A stretch of DNA of 64,000 nt from a virus (IMGVR_UViG_3300031555_004779), one strand, 5' to 3'. Shown: positions 30,897 to 39,499, counted from the stretch's first letter. A program made the numbers and translations. The notes: generated from the sequence alone by a model not told the origin.

Positions 30897-30981
30897 ATAT
30901 CTTGCTTGACACAATACCTAAATCATGATACAATATAATCACTCCAAAGGGAGAAAGAAACTAAGAAAGGAAGTATCTACT

Positions 30982-31410
30982 ATGGCACCTAATGGAATCG
31001 TTCGTCGCATTGATGATCTCGGTCGTATCACTATCCCCAAGGAAATTCGTCGCAACATGGGACTGAATGACGGTGATGCGTTGGAAATTAACTACAATAA
31101 CAATGGCGTTATTTCCATTCGCAAGTACAAGAAGTCTTTCGAGCAGTGTGCGATTGACTGGTACAACAAGGCTATCAATGTCCACGATAACAGCAGCCTT
31201 GATTTTCACTATTTCCGTCATACTGACTTTTGGTATCGCGGCGATTATACTTTTTGTGTAGTCGGCCATACCATTCCCAATTTCGTTCAGCGTGGAGGTT
31301 ACGCCAAGCGTTTTGAAGAGGATATCTTTGATGAACGCATTGGCAAGGTTGCCGCCTATGCTCGTGCCATGGGTCGCAAACTCAACAAGATGATTGGGTA
31401 CGAGGGCTAA
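30982..31410 (+). CDS. AbrB/SpoVT-family (swapped-hairpin) DNA-binding regulator with a C-terminal domain of unknown function
   Basis: N-terminus MAPNGIVRRIDDLGRITIPKEIRRNMGLNDGDALEI closely matches the AbrB/SpoVT N-domain (VRKVDELGRVVIPIELRRTLGI..DALEI). Confidence 0.75.
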   Translation: MAPNGIVRRIDDLGRITIPKEIRRNMGLNDGDALEINYNNNGVISIRKYKKSFEQCAIDWYNKAINVHDNSSLDFHYFRHTDFWYRGDYTFCVVGHTIPNFVQRGGYAKRFEEDIFDERIGKVAAYARAMGRKLNKMIGYEG

Positions 31411-31427
31411 TGCCCTCCCCAACTTAA

Positions 31428-31446
31428 CTATATGTTTAACATATAG
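31428..31446. promoter_or_regulatory. IPR19 palindrome (copy 21)
   Basis: CTATATGTTTAACATATAG. Confidence 0.6.
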
Positions 31447-31529
31447 AAACAACTATTGACTTCATAAAATAACAATGATATAATATTATCGTTCCCAAGA
31501 GAGAGGAACAGAAAGGAAGGTATCCCCAA

Positions 31530-32525
31530 ATGTTCGCAGTCGTTATTGGTATTCTCCTCATCATCGCCGCTATTGCTATTCCCTTTATTACTAATGGTAT
31601 GGGCTATAAGGGTGGCGGTATTGGCTCTGTTATCTGTCTGATTCTCGCCGCGGTTATCATTACCCTGTCCTGTATCTCCACCGTTCCCACTGGCCACACT
31701 GGTATTCTCACTACGTTCGGCCGTGTTGAGGACAAGAATCTTCCCGAAGGTATGAACTTCCATGCTCCGTGGCAGAGTATTACTACCATGACCAATAAGG
31801 AACAGACCAGCACCGAAACCAATATGTGTTTCTCCGCTGACTTGCAGGAAGTTGCCTATACTTACACTACGAAGCATAGTCTGCTTGCTTCTGCCGCGCC
31901 TAACATTTATAAGACCGTAGGTACTGACTATTACAATATCCTCATTGTGCCGCAGGTCAACAACGCCATCAAGGCAGAGTTTGGTTTGGTTGAAGCAGAA
32001 AATATGACTGAACTGCGTACCCAGCTTCAGAAGAACATCAATGACAAGGTACAGACTTTTGCTGATAAGTATGGTATCAACGTTACCGTTGTAATTGATG
32101 ACTTTGACTTCTCCGATGCTTATACCAATGCCATTGAAGCCAAGCAGGTAGCCGAACAGGAAGCCCTGCGCGATAAGACCCAGCAGCAGATGGAAACCGA
32201 GCGCGCTCGTCAGCAGGCAGAACGCACGAAGATTCAGGCCGAAAACGATGCCGCTATTCGTGAAATCAATGCCAACGCCGATGCGGAAGCCGCGCGAATT
32301 AAGGCACAGGCCGATTTTGAAGTCGCCCAGCTTGAAGCCGATGCCATTGCTTACAAGGGCGAAAAGGAAGCCGAAGCAACTGCCGCTCTTGCCGCCGCTA
32401 TTACCGATGAAGTTGTCGCGTATGAATATGCGCAGAACTGGTCTGGTGAACTTCCCCAGTATATGATGGGCGGTACTGGCGCTCTGCCTATCATTGATAT
32501 TCCCATGAATACGGAAGAGGAGTAA
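31530..32525 (+). CDS. SPFH/band-7 (stomatin/HflC-like) membrane protein
   Basis: Two N-terminal transmembrane segments. SPFH core start TGHTGILTTFGRVED..PEGMNFHAPW. Long AEAxA coiled-coil tail. Confidence 0.6.
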   Translation: MFAVVIGILLIIAAIAIPFITNGMGYKGGGIGSVICLILAAVIITLSCISTVPTGHTGILTTFGRVEDKNLPEGMNFHAPWQSITTMTNKEQTSTETNMCFSADLQEVAYTYTTKHSLLASAAPNIYKTVGTDYYNILIVPQVNNAIKAEFGLVEAENMTELRTQLQKNINDKVQTFADKYGINVTVVIDDFDFSDAYTNAIEAKQVAEQEALRDKTQQQMETERARQQAERTKIQAENDAAIREINANADAEAARIKAQADFEVAQLEADAIAYKGEKEAEATAALAAAITDEVVAYEYAQNWSGELPQYMMGGTGALPIIDIPMNTEEE

Positions 32526-32549
32526 TCCTCTTCCTTTTTTAATTTCATT

Positions 32550-32568
32550 CTATATGTTAAACATATAG
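32550..32568. promoter_or_regulatory. IPR19 palindrome (copy 22)
   Basis: CTATATGTTAAACATATAG. Confidence 0.6.
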
Positions 32569-32664
32569 TTTTATTTCAAAATAAGTATTTACAAATCCCA
32601 AAACCTATGATATACTTATATCGTTCCTAAGGGGAACGGAAATAAAAGAAAGAAGGTAAAACAC

Positions 32665-33285
32665 ATGGAAAACAAATATGTATGGAGAAACGAAGAACTC
32701 AACAACCAGCTCACCGCTATCGCTTATGCCAAGAATGAAAATGATATGGCGAAGGCTATTCGTGAATGCTTGAAGAACATCGCTATTGAATGGTGGAAAG
32801 ACCTTTCCGAAGAAACCAAGCAGGCCATCCGTTTGGTTGACTTCAATCATGCTGTTATCTGCTCTCTGATGTTCTTCAGCCCCGAAAGCGTTATGTGCGA
32901 CTATTATCCCATTCGCGCCGCTCTGGATGATATGGTGGAAGCTCATGCCGCTCTCATCACTGGTGAATACCCCTATGGCGGCGTGCCCATCATGCCCCAC
33001 GATGTAAACAATCGTAAGTATTTCTGGGGCACAAGCGAAAACGCCATTCAGGCTACCTATTATCTTAACAAGTGCAAGAAGCAGTTAACCGAAGAAGTGC
33101 AGAATGTCGCTCGCATGTATGGTATTGAAGATGCCAAGGCCATTGTTGAAACTGCTATCGAGCATTCTTCTGTAGTCAACAACCACAAGAAGAACAAGGC
33201 AAAGTATGTATCTGAACTCCGCAAGGAATATCTGCACGAAGTATTTGCTATGCTCAGGCAATATGATGCTTTGAGGGGTGAGTAA
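32665..33285 (+). CDS. early protein, hypothetical (206 aa)
   Basis: RBS AAGAAGGT. The hairpin GGTGAGTAATCACC follows. Confidence 0.5.
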   Translation: MENKYVWRNEELNNQLTAIAYAKNENDMAKAIRECLKNIAIEWWKDLSEETKQAIRLVDFNHAVICSLMFFSPESVMCDYYPIRAALDDMVEAHAALITGEYPYGGVPIMPHDVNNRKYFWGTSENAIQATYYLNKCKKQLTEEVQNVARMYGIEDAKAIVETAIEHSSVVNNHKKNKAKYVSELRKEYLHEVFAMLRQYDALRGE

Positions 33286-33303
33286 TCACCCTTCTTTTTT
33301 ATT

Positions 33304-33322
33304 CTATATGTTAAACATATAG
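33304..33322. promoter_or_regulatory. IPR19 palindrome (copy 23)
   Basis: CTATATGTTAAACATATAG. Confidence 0.6.
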
Positions 33323-33419
33323 TTTTATTTGAAAATTCTTATTGACTTTCCTATAATATGTGATATAATGAATATGTCCTTAAGGAAAGGACATAATAAA
33401 AAGAAAGAAGGTACTTCAC

Positions 33420-33863
33420 ATGGCTAACTACTTCTCCGAACGCAATGAACTGGAAAACAAGATTCGTGACCTCGCTATTGCTCTCGACAGTCTTCGCAGA
33501 ACCAAGGATGATGCTCGTCAGAACTATCTCGCTGAACTCGCCCACCTCATCAAATCTCGTCCCGGCCTGACCGCTTCGCAGTATGCTATGCTTATGAGCA
33601 ACGATGCTTGCGAACGTAACAGCATTCAGATGAGCATCAGCAACATGGGGTACATGGCAGAAGCCTGTGAAAAGAATCTCCGCTCCTATCCCTATTACGG
33701 TGATACTTCCCATGTGGTATGTTCCAATCCTTCCATGCCGTCTTTGAAGCGTAAGCAGACCACAGTCAAGCGCCGTTTCATTGAGGTTGACGAAAACAAT
33801 CAGCCTATCGGCACCCATGAAACCACTGAATACCGTACCGTTTACAGCATCAAGGAGGACTAA
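33420..33863 (+). CDS. early protein, hypothetical
   Basis: RBS AAGAAGGT. Confidence 0.5.
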   Translation: MANYFSERNELENKIRDLAIALDSLRRTKDDARQNYLAELAHLIKSRPGLTASQYAMLMSNDACERNSIQMSISNMGYMAEACEKNLRSYPYYGDTSHVVCSNPSMPSLKRKQTTVKRRFIEVDENNQPIGTHETTEYRTVYSIKED

Positions 33864-33867
33864 ACCA

Positions 33868-34128
33868 ATGAAGAAGATTTTCGCTCTTGTCCTCGCCCTG
33901 ATTCTCGTTTTCGCCGTTGCTTCTCCCGCCCTCGCCAACGTTGGTTGGTTTGACTTCAACTATGACTTCCAGTATGTCATCATCAATTTCGGCTCCCGTA
34001 CCATTGAAGGTACATGCGAAAAATGGTGGGATTATGAAGATAGCGACGTTGTACAGGTACAGATTGACGGCGTTATCTATCTGACCCATTATGAAAATGT
34101 TCTGTTGTGTAGCAAGAAACTGTGGTAA
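33868..34128 (+). CDS. small secreted protein with signal peptide
   Basis: RBS AAGGAGG. N-terminus MKKIFALVLALILVFAVASPALA. Confidence 0.45.
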   Translation: MKKIFALVLALILVFAVASPALANVGWFDFNYDFQYVIINFGSRTIEGTCEKWWDYEDSDVVQVQIDGVIYLTHYENVLLCSKKLW

Positions 34129-34154
34129 AACCACAGTTTCTTTTTTATGAGAAA

Positions 34155-34173
34155 CTATATGTTAAACATATAG
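34155..34173. promoter_or_regulatory. IPR19 palindrome (copy 24)
   Basis: CTATATGTTAAACATATAG. Confidence 0.6.
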
Positions 34174-34189
34174 AATTAAAAGAGTGGAA

Positions 34190-34603
34190 TTACTTCCACT
34201 CAATTTCATCGCAACGCATCTTATTAAAGTTGTGGTCTAACACAAGGTCAGCCATACCATGCAACATACAAGAAACAGTTTTCACTCCCTTTGGCACATA
34301 GAGAATAATTTCTTTTCTTTTTGCAGAAGCATAACCCACTTCAAATGCCGTGCCCGCGTCAGCATTGAAACCCCAATCAATAGCAATCACAAGGTCAGCG
34401 CGTTCAAGCATTTTAATATCATGATGACAAACTTTCGCGCCCCAATTCCAGTTGGGAAGATTATCGCCGTCAGGAACTTTATAATATCGGGGAATGAAGA
34501 TTTCCCAATCATCATATCTGCGCGCGATTTCATCAATGATTCTACTATATTCTTTTTCCTGTTCGGGAGTAAACCAAGGGCCAGCCAAATAAAGCAACTT
34601 CAT
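34190..34603 (-). CDS. nucleoside 2-deoxyribosyltransferase-like (DNPH1/Rcl-like) protein, in an inverted cassette
   Basis: Motifs LYLAGPWFTPEQ and GTAFEVGYA. The minus-strand promoter (TTGACA, 17 nt, TATACT) and RBS AAGGAAGG are read from the palindrome at 34668-34686. The start was set at MKLLYLAG. Confidence 0.5.
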   Translation of the reverse strand: MKLLYLAGPWFTPEQEKEYSRIIDEIARRYDDWEIFIPRYYKVPDGDNLPNWNWGAKVCHHDIKMLERADLVIAIDWGFNADAGTAFEVGYASAKRKEIILYVPKGVKTVSCMLHGMADLVLDHNFNKMRCDEIEWK

Positions 34604-34667
34604 GATATAGCACCTTCCTTTCGTGATATAGTATATCATGTTTAGTGTTGCTTGTCAACAAGAAAAA

Positions 34668-34686
34668 CTATATGTTAAACATATAG
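34668..34686. promoter_or_regulatory. IPR19 palindrome (copy 25), serving the minus-strand cassette
   Basis: CTATATGTTAAACATATAG. Confidence 0.6.
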
Positions 34687-34695
34687 AAACAAGCG

Positions 34696-34723
34696 TTGAC
34701 TTTTCTCCAAAAATGAGTATAAT
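34696..34723 (+). promoter_or_regulatory. promoter with no ORF before the next promoter at 34815-34843
   Basis: TTGACT, 16 nt, TATAAT, followed by a roughly 85-nt GGA-rich transcript. Confidence 0.4.
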
Positions 34724-34902
34724 AGATAATGTCAAGAGGCAAGAGGGTAGGGCGAAGGTTAGAGGGTAATCCGGAACCCACCAAAAAAATCCTCAAAAAA
34801 ATCTCAAAAAGCACTTGACAACCGCCACAAACTGTGGTACAATAAAATCACTCCAAAGGGAGTAAATAAGAAAGTCCTAACATGGACAGAAAGAGGTATC
34901 TT

Positions 34903-35412
34903 ATGGCTAACATGAAGGAAATCACCGCTACCGTTCTCGCTCAGTATCCCGATGCTACCGCTTGCCGCAATGGCTCCAATGGCAACTTCCTCGCCGTGAT
35001 GGGCGAAGTTGTTGATGGTGTTCAGACCTACTACGGCGTGAAGGTATGGAAGCTCGCCGCCAAGGCCACCAAGACCAACCCTGCCTTTGATGTGGAAGCC
35101 GCCCACGCGGAGTATGAAGCCTATGCCGCGAAGCAGGCCGAAAAGGCAAGCAAGCCCAAGGTTTCTAAGGAACCCGACCCCGAGAAGGTTGCCGCGAAGA
35201 AACGCCGTCAGGCCGGCCTGCTCGAGTACATGACCGAGAACGCAGGTGTGGAAGTTACTTCCAATGATGTGTTCACCGCCTTGAAGGATAGCGTGTACGA
35301 TGGTTGTCTTATCATGGCAGTCGGCTCCGACCTTCAGGCTCTTGCCAAGGTTGACGAAAAGTTGACCGTTCGCGTTGAGAAGGGCAAGAAGTACTGGACT
35401 TACAACGCCTGA
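34903..35412 (+). CDS. paralog family member A (170 aa), hypothetical
   Basis: RBS AAAGAGGT. The protein aligns along its length with the products of 37476-38006 and 38926-39438. All three end in a conserved C-terminus such as EKGKKYWTYNA. Confidence 0.5.
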   Translation: MANMKEITATVLAQYPDATACRNGSNGNFLAVMGEVVDGVQTYYGVKVWKLAAKATKTNPAFDVEAAHAEYEAYAAKQAEKASKPKVSKEPDPEKVAAKKRRQAGLLEYMTENAGVEVTSNDVFTALKDSVYDGCLIMAVGSDLQALAKVDEKLTVRVEKGKKYWTYNA

Positions 35413-35459
35413 TGTACAAGGTGGGAAGGAAACTTCCCACCTTTTCCATCCCAACAAAA

Positions 35460-35478
35460 CTATATGTTAAACATATAG
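35460..35478. promoter_or_regulatory. IPR19 palindrome (copy 26)
   Basis: CTATATGTTAAACATATAG. Confidence 0.6.
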
Positions 35479-35491
35479 AAAAACAGCCCGC

Positions 35492-35509
35492 TTGTTAAAA
35501 ACTTAACGA
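35492..35509. promoter_or_regulatory. second palindromic motif, copy 3 (TTGTTAAAAACTTAACGA)
   Basis: One arm mismatch. Confidence 0.45.
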
Positions 35510-35584
35510 AATTTGTTGTTGACATATCACGCAACCTATGATACAATGTATACATCCTAAGAAAAGAAAGGCGGTTACTATCCC

Positions 35585-36346
35585 ATGGAAACCATTCTCG
35601 TATTTGACACCGAAACCACAAGCATTGACAAACCTTTTGCCTATGATGTGGGCTATAAGATTCTGACCCGAAATTTTGAAACGCTCGAATCCAAGCACTT
35701 TGTGATTGAACAGATTTGGCATAATCTCCCTCTGTTTGAATCTACTTATTACAAAGATAAGCGCCCTTTGTACGTTCTCGCCATGCGTAAGCATGAAGCC
35801 ATCATGACCAAGTGGGGATACATGGTTGCTAAAATGCTCCGCGACATTAAGAAATATAATGTTGTAGCCGCTTATGCTTTCAATAGCACTTTCGATGACC
35901 GTGTTTTTCTTCACAACTGCGAATGGTTCAAAACTCGCAACCCCTTTGATACCATTCCCATCTATGATATTTGGGGCTATTCCTCCCAGTTTATCACGAA
36001 TACGCAAGCATACCGCGATTTTGCCGAAGCAAACCAATGCTTCACCGAATCCGGCAACATCAGCGGAAACGCCGAAAACCTTTACCGCTTCATGACCGCC
36101 GACCCCGATTTTGAAGAAGCGCACCAAGGCTTGCAAGACGTGGAAATTGAAGCCGAAATTTTACGCGAGTGCATCAAGCGTGGTGCAGAGTGGGACACCG
36201 AATATAAAGTGGTACAAAAGATTCCGCGTGAAATTGAACACCCTTACGCAATCAAGGTGAATGGAAAAGTTATCCATGAAGGCAAGTACACCAAAAAGTA
36301 TGTACGCAAGGATGTATATTCCTTCACGGAAGAAATGGTGGAGTAA
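35585..36346 (+). CDS. DEDDh-family 3'-5' exonuclease (DnaQ/RNase T-like)
   Basis: Exo I motif LVFDTETTS at the N-terminus. An H-x4-D Exo III motif (AHQGLQDVEIE) near residue 180. Confidence 0.55.
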   Translation: METILVFDTETTSIDKPFAYDVGYKILTRNFETLESKHFVIEQIWHNLPLFESTYYKDKRPLYVLAMRKHEAIMTKWGYMVAKMLRDIKKYNVVAAYAFNSTFDDRVFLHNCEWFKTRNPFDTIPIYDIWGYSSQFITNTQAYRDFAEANQCFTESGNISGNAENLYRFMTADPDFEEAHQGLQDVEIEAEILRECIKRGAEWDTEYKVVQKIPREIEHPYAIKVNGKVIHEGKYTKKYVRKDVYSFTEEMVE

Positions 36347-36373
36347 TCCACCATTTCTTCCATCACAACAAAA

Positions 36374-36392
36374 CTATATGTTAAACATATAG
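36374..36392. promoter_or_regulatory. IPR19 palindrome (copy 27)
   Basis: CTATATGTTAAACATATAG. Confidence 0.6.
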
Positions 36393-36462
36393 AAAATAAA
36401 TTTGACAAACATAAAAAATTCTGATATACTATATATGAAAATTAAGAAAGGAAGATGATTCT

Positions 36463-36696
36463 ATGACCGAACACGTCCACCCTTACATTGATGATGAACA
36501 CGATATCACCTGTCCTTACTGTGGCTCTCCGCTGTACAACTGGCGCGAAGAAACAGGGGATGTGGAATGGGAAGAACTACACAACGGACGTTTCACCTAT
36601 AAGGAAACGTGTGAACAGTGCAACCGTCGTGTAACGTATCATTTGAACTTCACCATAACTTGTGCCGTAGTTGAAGAAGAAAGGTTAGATAGGTAA
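36463..36696 (+). CDS. Zn-ribbon small protein (CPYCG..CEQCN)
   Basis: RBS AAAGGAAGATG. Confidence 0.45.
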   Translation: MTEHVHPYIDDEHDITCPYCGSPLYNWREETGDVEWEELHNGRFTYKETCEQCNRRVTYHLNFTITCAVVEEERLDR

Positions 36697-36881
36697 TGGT
36701 AACATATCTCGCCCTTGCTAATCTCGTAGTTAGCACATTCAGTACCGTATGGTTTAGCCGCGACACCGATATTTACACTGTAACAGATGTTATCATGACT
36801 ATGCTGTGCTGTGTACTTCCTATCATTCCCCTTTGCTATCTCTACCGTTGGTGTAACAAGTTTGTGAGAGGAGAAATCTAA
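36696..36881 (+). CDS. small membrane protein
   Basis: ATGA overlap with the upstream gene. Two hydrophobic helices. Confidence 0.4.
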   Translation: MVTYLALANLVVSTFSTVWFSRDTDIYTVTDVIMTMLCCVLPIIPLCYLYRWCNKFVRGEI

Positions 36882-36883
36882 CT

Positions 36884-37321
36884 ATGGAAGTTAAGACTAT
36901 CTATATTGCCAATGATGGCACGGAGTTTGAAGATAAGGAAGAATGCCTTACCTATGAATCTTCTTTGACATCTGAATGCGATTTTGTCCAACTGTATGAC
37001 AATGATGGCAAACTCATTGATTGGAATCCCGATGATTATGATGGTATGTGGGATCATCTCTATTACATCGTCATTGAACCGCACCGCGAAGAAGAAGCAG
37101 AAGAATGGTGGGCCAATTCCTTTGGCGTTATGCTTGGTGTTAATCCGTTCAGTGAAATGGATAACGACTGGAAAGCATGGAAACACCATTATCATGGTGA
37201 CGAACCGACCGTTCTTGCTTTTGACTTCGGAGGAAATGACAGTTGGATTATTTTCAATGAAGTCTATGACGAAGTAAAAGGCATTGTTCGCGGCCTTGAC
37301 CTTGTGGATGCTCTCGGTTGA
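36884..37321 (+). CDS. acidic early protein, hypothetical
   Basis: ORF track entry. A hairpin follows. Confidence 0.45.
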   Translation: MEVKTIYIANDGTEFEDKEECLTYESSLTSECDFVQLYDNDGKLIDWNPDDYDGMWDHLYYIVIEPHREEEAEEWWANSFGVMLGVNPFSEMDNDWKAWKHHYHGDEPTVLAFDFGGNDSWIIFNEVYDEVKGIVRGLDLVDALG

Positions 37322-37336
37322 GAGCATTCCAATAAA

Positions 37337-37355
37337 ACTATATGTTAAACATATA
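37337..37355. promoter_or_regulatory. IPR19 palindrome (copy 28)
   Basis: CTATATGTTAAACATATAG. Confidence 0.6.
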
Positions 37356-37368
37356 GAAATATCACCCG

Positions 37369-37386
37369 CTTGTTAAAAACTTAACA
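37369..37386. promoter_or_regulatory. second palindromic motif, copy 4 (TTGTTAAAAACTTAACAA)
   Basis: Identical to copy 2. Confidence 0.5.
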
Positions 37387-37475
37387 AAGAAAATACTTGA
37401 CCAATCACCAAAAGTGTGATACAATAAATACGTCCTCAAGAGAGGAACACTAAATAAGAAAGAGGTATCCCAATT

Positions 37476-38006
37476 ATGAAGAACGAACTTCGCGCCGAAG
37501 CCCTGTCCGCAGTCCTGCCCAAGGTAATGGAAATGTTCCCCGATGCCGTCAATGTCTGCGTTTCCAACAAGAACATGCTTGCCGTTGATACTGGCAAGGT
37601 TGATGACAATGGTAAACCCATCTACGCCACCATTGATATTACCATCAAGGACAACGAAGCCACCAAGACCCGCGAAGGCTTTGACCTGATGACCGCCGTC
37701 AACGCCTACAACGAAAAGGCTTCCAAGGCTACCGAGCGTAAGTCCAAGACCCCTTCCGCGCCCAAGAACACCGAAGCCGCCGAGCGCAAGAACAAGCGTA
37801 TGACCGCCCTGCGCGAGTGGTGGACGAATGAAGCCGTTTCCGGCGAGGGCTACACCAGCACCATGATCAAGACCGAGCTTGCCGATGTGTATAGCGAACT
37901 GACCATTATGCAGGTTGGCTCTGACCTCAAGACCCTGTCTGAAATCATTCCCACCGAGTGCGAGATGCGCGTGGTCGAGGGCAAGAAGCACTACTTCAAG
38001 GCGTAA
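37476..38006 (+). CDS. paralog family member B
   Basis: RBS AAGAGGT. Ends in VEGKKHYFKA. A classic terminator hairpin GCTCCCCGAAAGGGGAGC plus a T-run follows. Confidence 0.5.
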   Translation: MKNELRAEALSAVLPKVMEMFPDAVNVCVSNKNMLAVDTGKVDDNGKPIYATIDITIKDNEATKTREGFDLMTAVNAYNEKASKATERKSKTPSAPKNTEAAERKNKRMTALREWWTNEAVSGEGYTSTMIKTELADVYSELTIMQVGSDLKTLSEIIPTECEMRVVEGKKHYFKA

Positions 38007-38012
38007 GTCAGC

Positions 38013-38038
38013 GCTCCCCGAAAGGGGAGCATTTTTTG
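38013..38038 (+). terminator. rho-independent terminator
   Basis: GCTCCCC-GAAA-GGGGAGC followed by ATTTTTTG. Confidence 0.6.
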
Positions 38039-38047
38039 TTTGGAAAA

Positions 38048-38066
38048 CTATATGTTAAACATATAG
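38048..38066. promoter_or_regulatory. IPR19 palindrome (copy 29)
   Basis: CTATATGTTAAACATATAG. Confidence 0.6.
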
Positions 38067-38082
38067 AATAAAAAAGGAACGC

Positions 38083-38562
38083 TTAACGTTCCTTCGGTGG
38101 AGCATATTTATTGTATTTTTCTCTTTGCTCACCATATCCCACAGTACCAAGCATACTATAGTTATCGCGCAGATAGAAAATCATACCTTCTAAGATATCT
38201 TTCGTGCGCTCACGTTCATGACGAATTGCTTCTGCCTTGATTGCGTTATTGCCTAACTTCAAGATGCGGTCTGCCTGCTCAGTAACAGTTGCTTCAACGG
38301 CATTCTCTTCATATTTGCTAATGACTTCATCCATAGGATATTCATCAAAGCCAATATACCAAAAACCTTCTCTGCTCTTGTCGGCATTCTGCACATAGCT
38401 TTCATACTGAGAAAACTTCTTCATAGTCAAGCGTTCCCAACAACGAATTGCTTCTGCTCTGTCATCAGTAACAAACAAAGTTTTCCAGTAATACCAGCCA
38501 TGCTCAACGATTTCATAAATTGTTTTCTTAGAACAGAACTCCATAAACATCTTCTTATCCAT
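38083..38562 (-). CDS. hypothetical protein (159 aa) in an inverted cassette
   Basis: The minus-strand promoter (TTGACG, 17 nt, TATAAT) and RBS AAAGGGGTG are read from the palindrome at 38631-38649. Confidence 0.45.
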   Translation of the reverse strand: MDKKMFMEFCSKKTIYEIVEHGWYYWKTLFVTDDRAEAIRCWERLTMKKFSQYESYVQNADKSREGFWYIGFDEYPMDEVISKYEENAVEATVTEQADRILKLGNNAIKAEAIRHERERTKDILEGMIFYLRDNYSMLGTVGYGEQREKYNKYAPPKER

Positions 38563-38630
38563 GTGTTACACCCCTTTCTTGATTGCTTCTATATTATAAC
38601 ATTTGTTTTTTATTCCGTCAAGTACTAAAA

Positions 38631-38649
38631 CTATATGTTAAACATATAG
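38631..38649. promoter_or_regulatory. IPR19 palindrome (copy 30), serving the minus-strand cassette
   Basis: CTATATGTTAAACATATAG. Confidence 0.6.
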
Positions 38650-38744
38650 TTTCCCCTTTTCCGCCCGGATTTCCGGGCTTTTCTTTTACTCTCTCATCCC
38701 ACTGCGTACCGCACGATTCCCAAAATTTTCCAAAATATACAAAA

Positions 38745-38797
38745 AGCTGGAAAGCTGGAAAATTTTTCCAAAGCTGGAAATTTTATAGAAGCTGGAA
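38745..38797. repeat. four direct repeats of AGCTGGAA just upstream of a TTGACA-17-TATAAT promoter
   Basis: Copies at 38745, 38754, 38772 and 38790, at spacings of 9, 18 and 18 bp. Confidence 0.5.
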
Positions 38798-38925
38798 TCA
38801 TATAAAAATTTGACAAATTCTAAAATTTTTCGTATAATATACCCATAAAGAACGAAAGAGTTCTAGAAATAATTATGGAGAAGGAAAACTCCAAATACAG
38901 AAACCCTCGAAAAAGGAGAAAACTT

Positions 38926-39438
38926 ATGGATGTAATGACTCGTGATGCCCTACGTACTGCTGTAATTGACAAGCTACTAGCTGACTTCCCCAAGGCCCAG
39001 AAGGTTGCCGGTGGTGTTGCCTTCATGTCTGAGACCCTAGATGAGGAAACTGGCCTATATTTCCCTGTTGAGATTAAGGTAAGTGTAAAGAATACTCAGG
39101 CTACCGCTCGTTCTGAAGCCTATGACTTTGAAAAGGCTGTTGCTGATTTCGCCGCTAAGCCCGGTCGCCGTACTGTTGACCCTGCCAAGAAGGCTGAACG
39201 TGAAGCTGCTCATGCTGCCTCTGTTGCTAAGAAGAATGCTAATCTAAAGGTTCTACGCGACTGGATTGCTGGCCATGAGATGAACGAAATGACCGCTACC
39301 ATGGTTTATGAGGCTATTCCTGAACTACAGACTGGTACTCTAATGGCTGTTGGTACTCTACTAAAGGAACTAGTTGAAGACGGTACTGTTGTAGTAACTC
39401 TAAGCGAGAAGCGCAAGAAGCTATATACCAAGGCGTGA
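38926..39438 (+). CDS. paralog family member C. It is diverged and Leu is coded mainly by CTA.
   Basis: RBS AAGGAGAA. Ends in SEKRKKLYTKA. An in-frame upstream ATG at 38875 has a weaker RBS. Confidence 0.45.
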   Translation: MDVMTRDALRTAVIDKLLADFPKAQKVAGGVAFMSETLDEETGLYFPVEIKVSVKNTQATARSEAYDFEKAVADFAAKPGRRTVDPAKKAEREAAHAASVAKKNANLKVLRDWIAGHEMNEMTATMVYEAIPELQTGTLMAVGTLLKELVEDGTVVVTLSEKRKKLYTKA

Positions 39439-39466
39439 GCGTCTAACGACGCTCAGAGAGCGTCAC

Positions 39467-39490
39467 GAGGAGCGTAAGCTCCTCTTTTTT
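39467..39490 (+). terminator. rho-independent terminator
   Basis: GAGGAGC-GTAA-GCTCCTC followed by TTTTTT. Confidence 0.6.
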
Positions 39491-39499
39491 ATTTTCCGA

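Noticed and set aside
21476-38649. Regularly spaced identical repeats, which could be read as a CRISPR array or an integron attC cassette array
   Set aside because: Against a CRISPR array: spacing varies from 250 to 1000 bp, the so-called spacers are promoter-driven genes, the repeat is a perfect dyad, and no cas genes are present. The centre GTTTAAC/GTTAAAC formally matches the integron core and inverse-core consensus, but each unit carries its own promoter and ribosome-binding site, and there is no integrase, attI or the usual 60-140-bp imperfect attC structure. A phage early-promoter regulon explains the pattern better.
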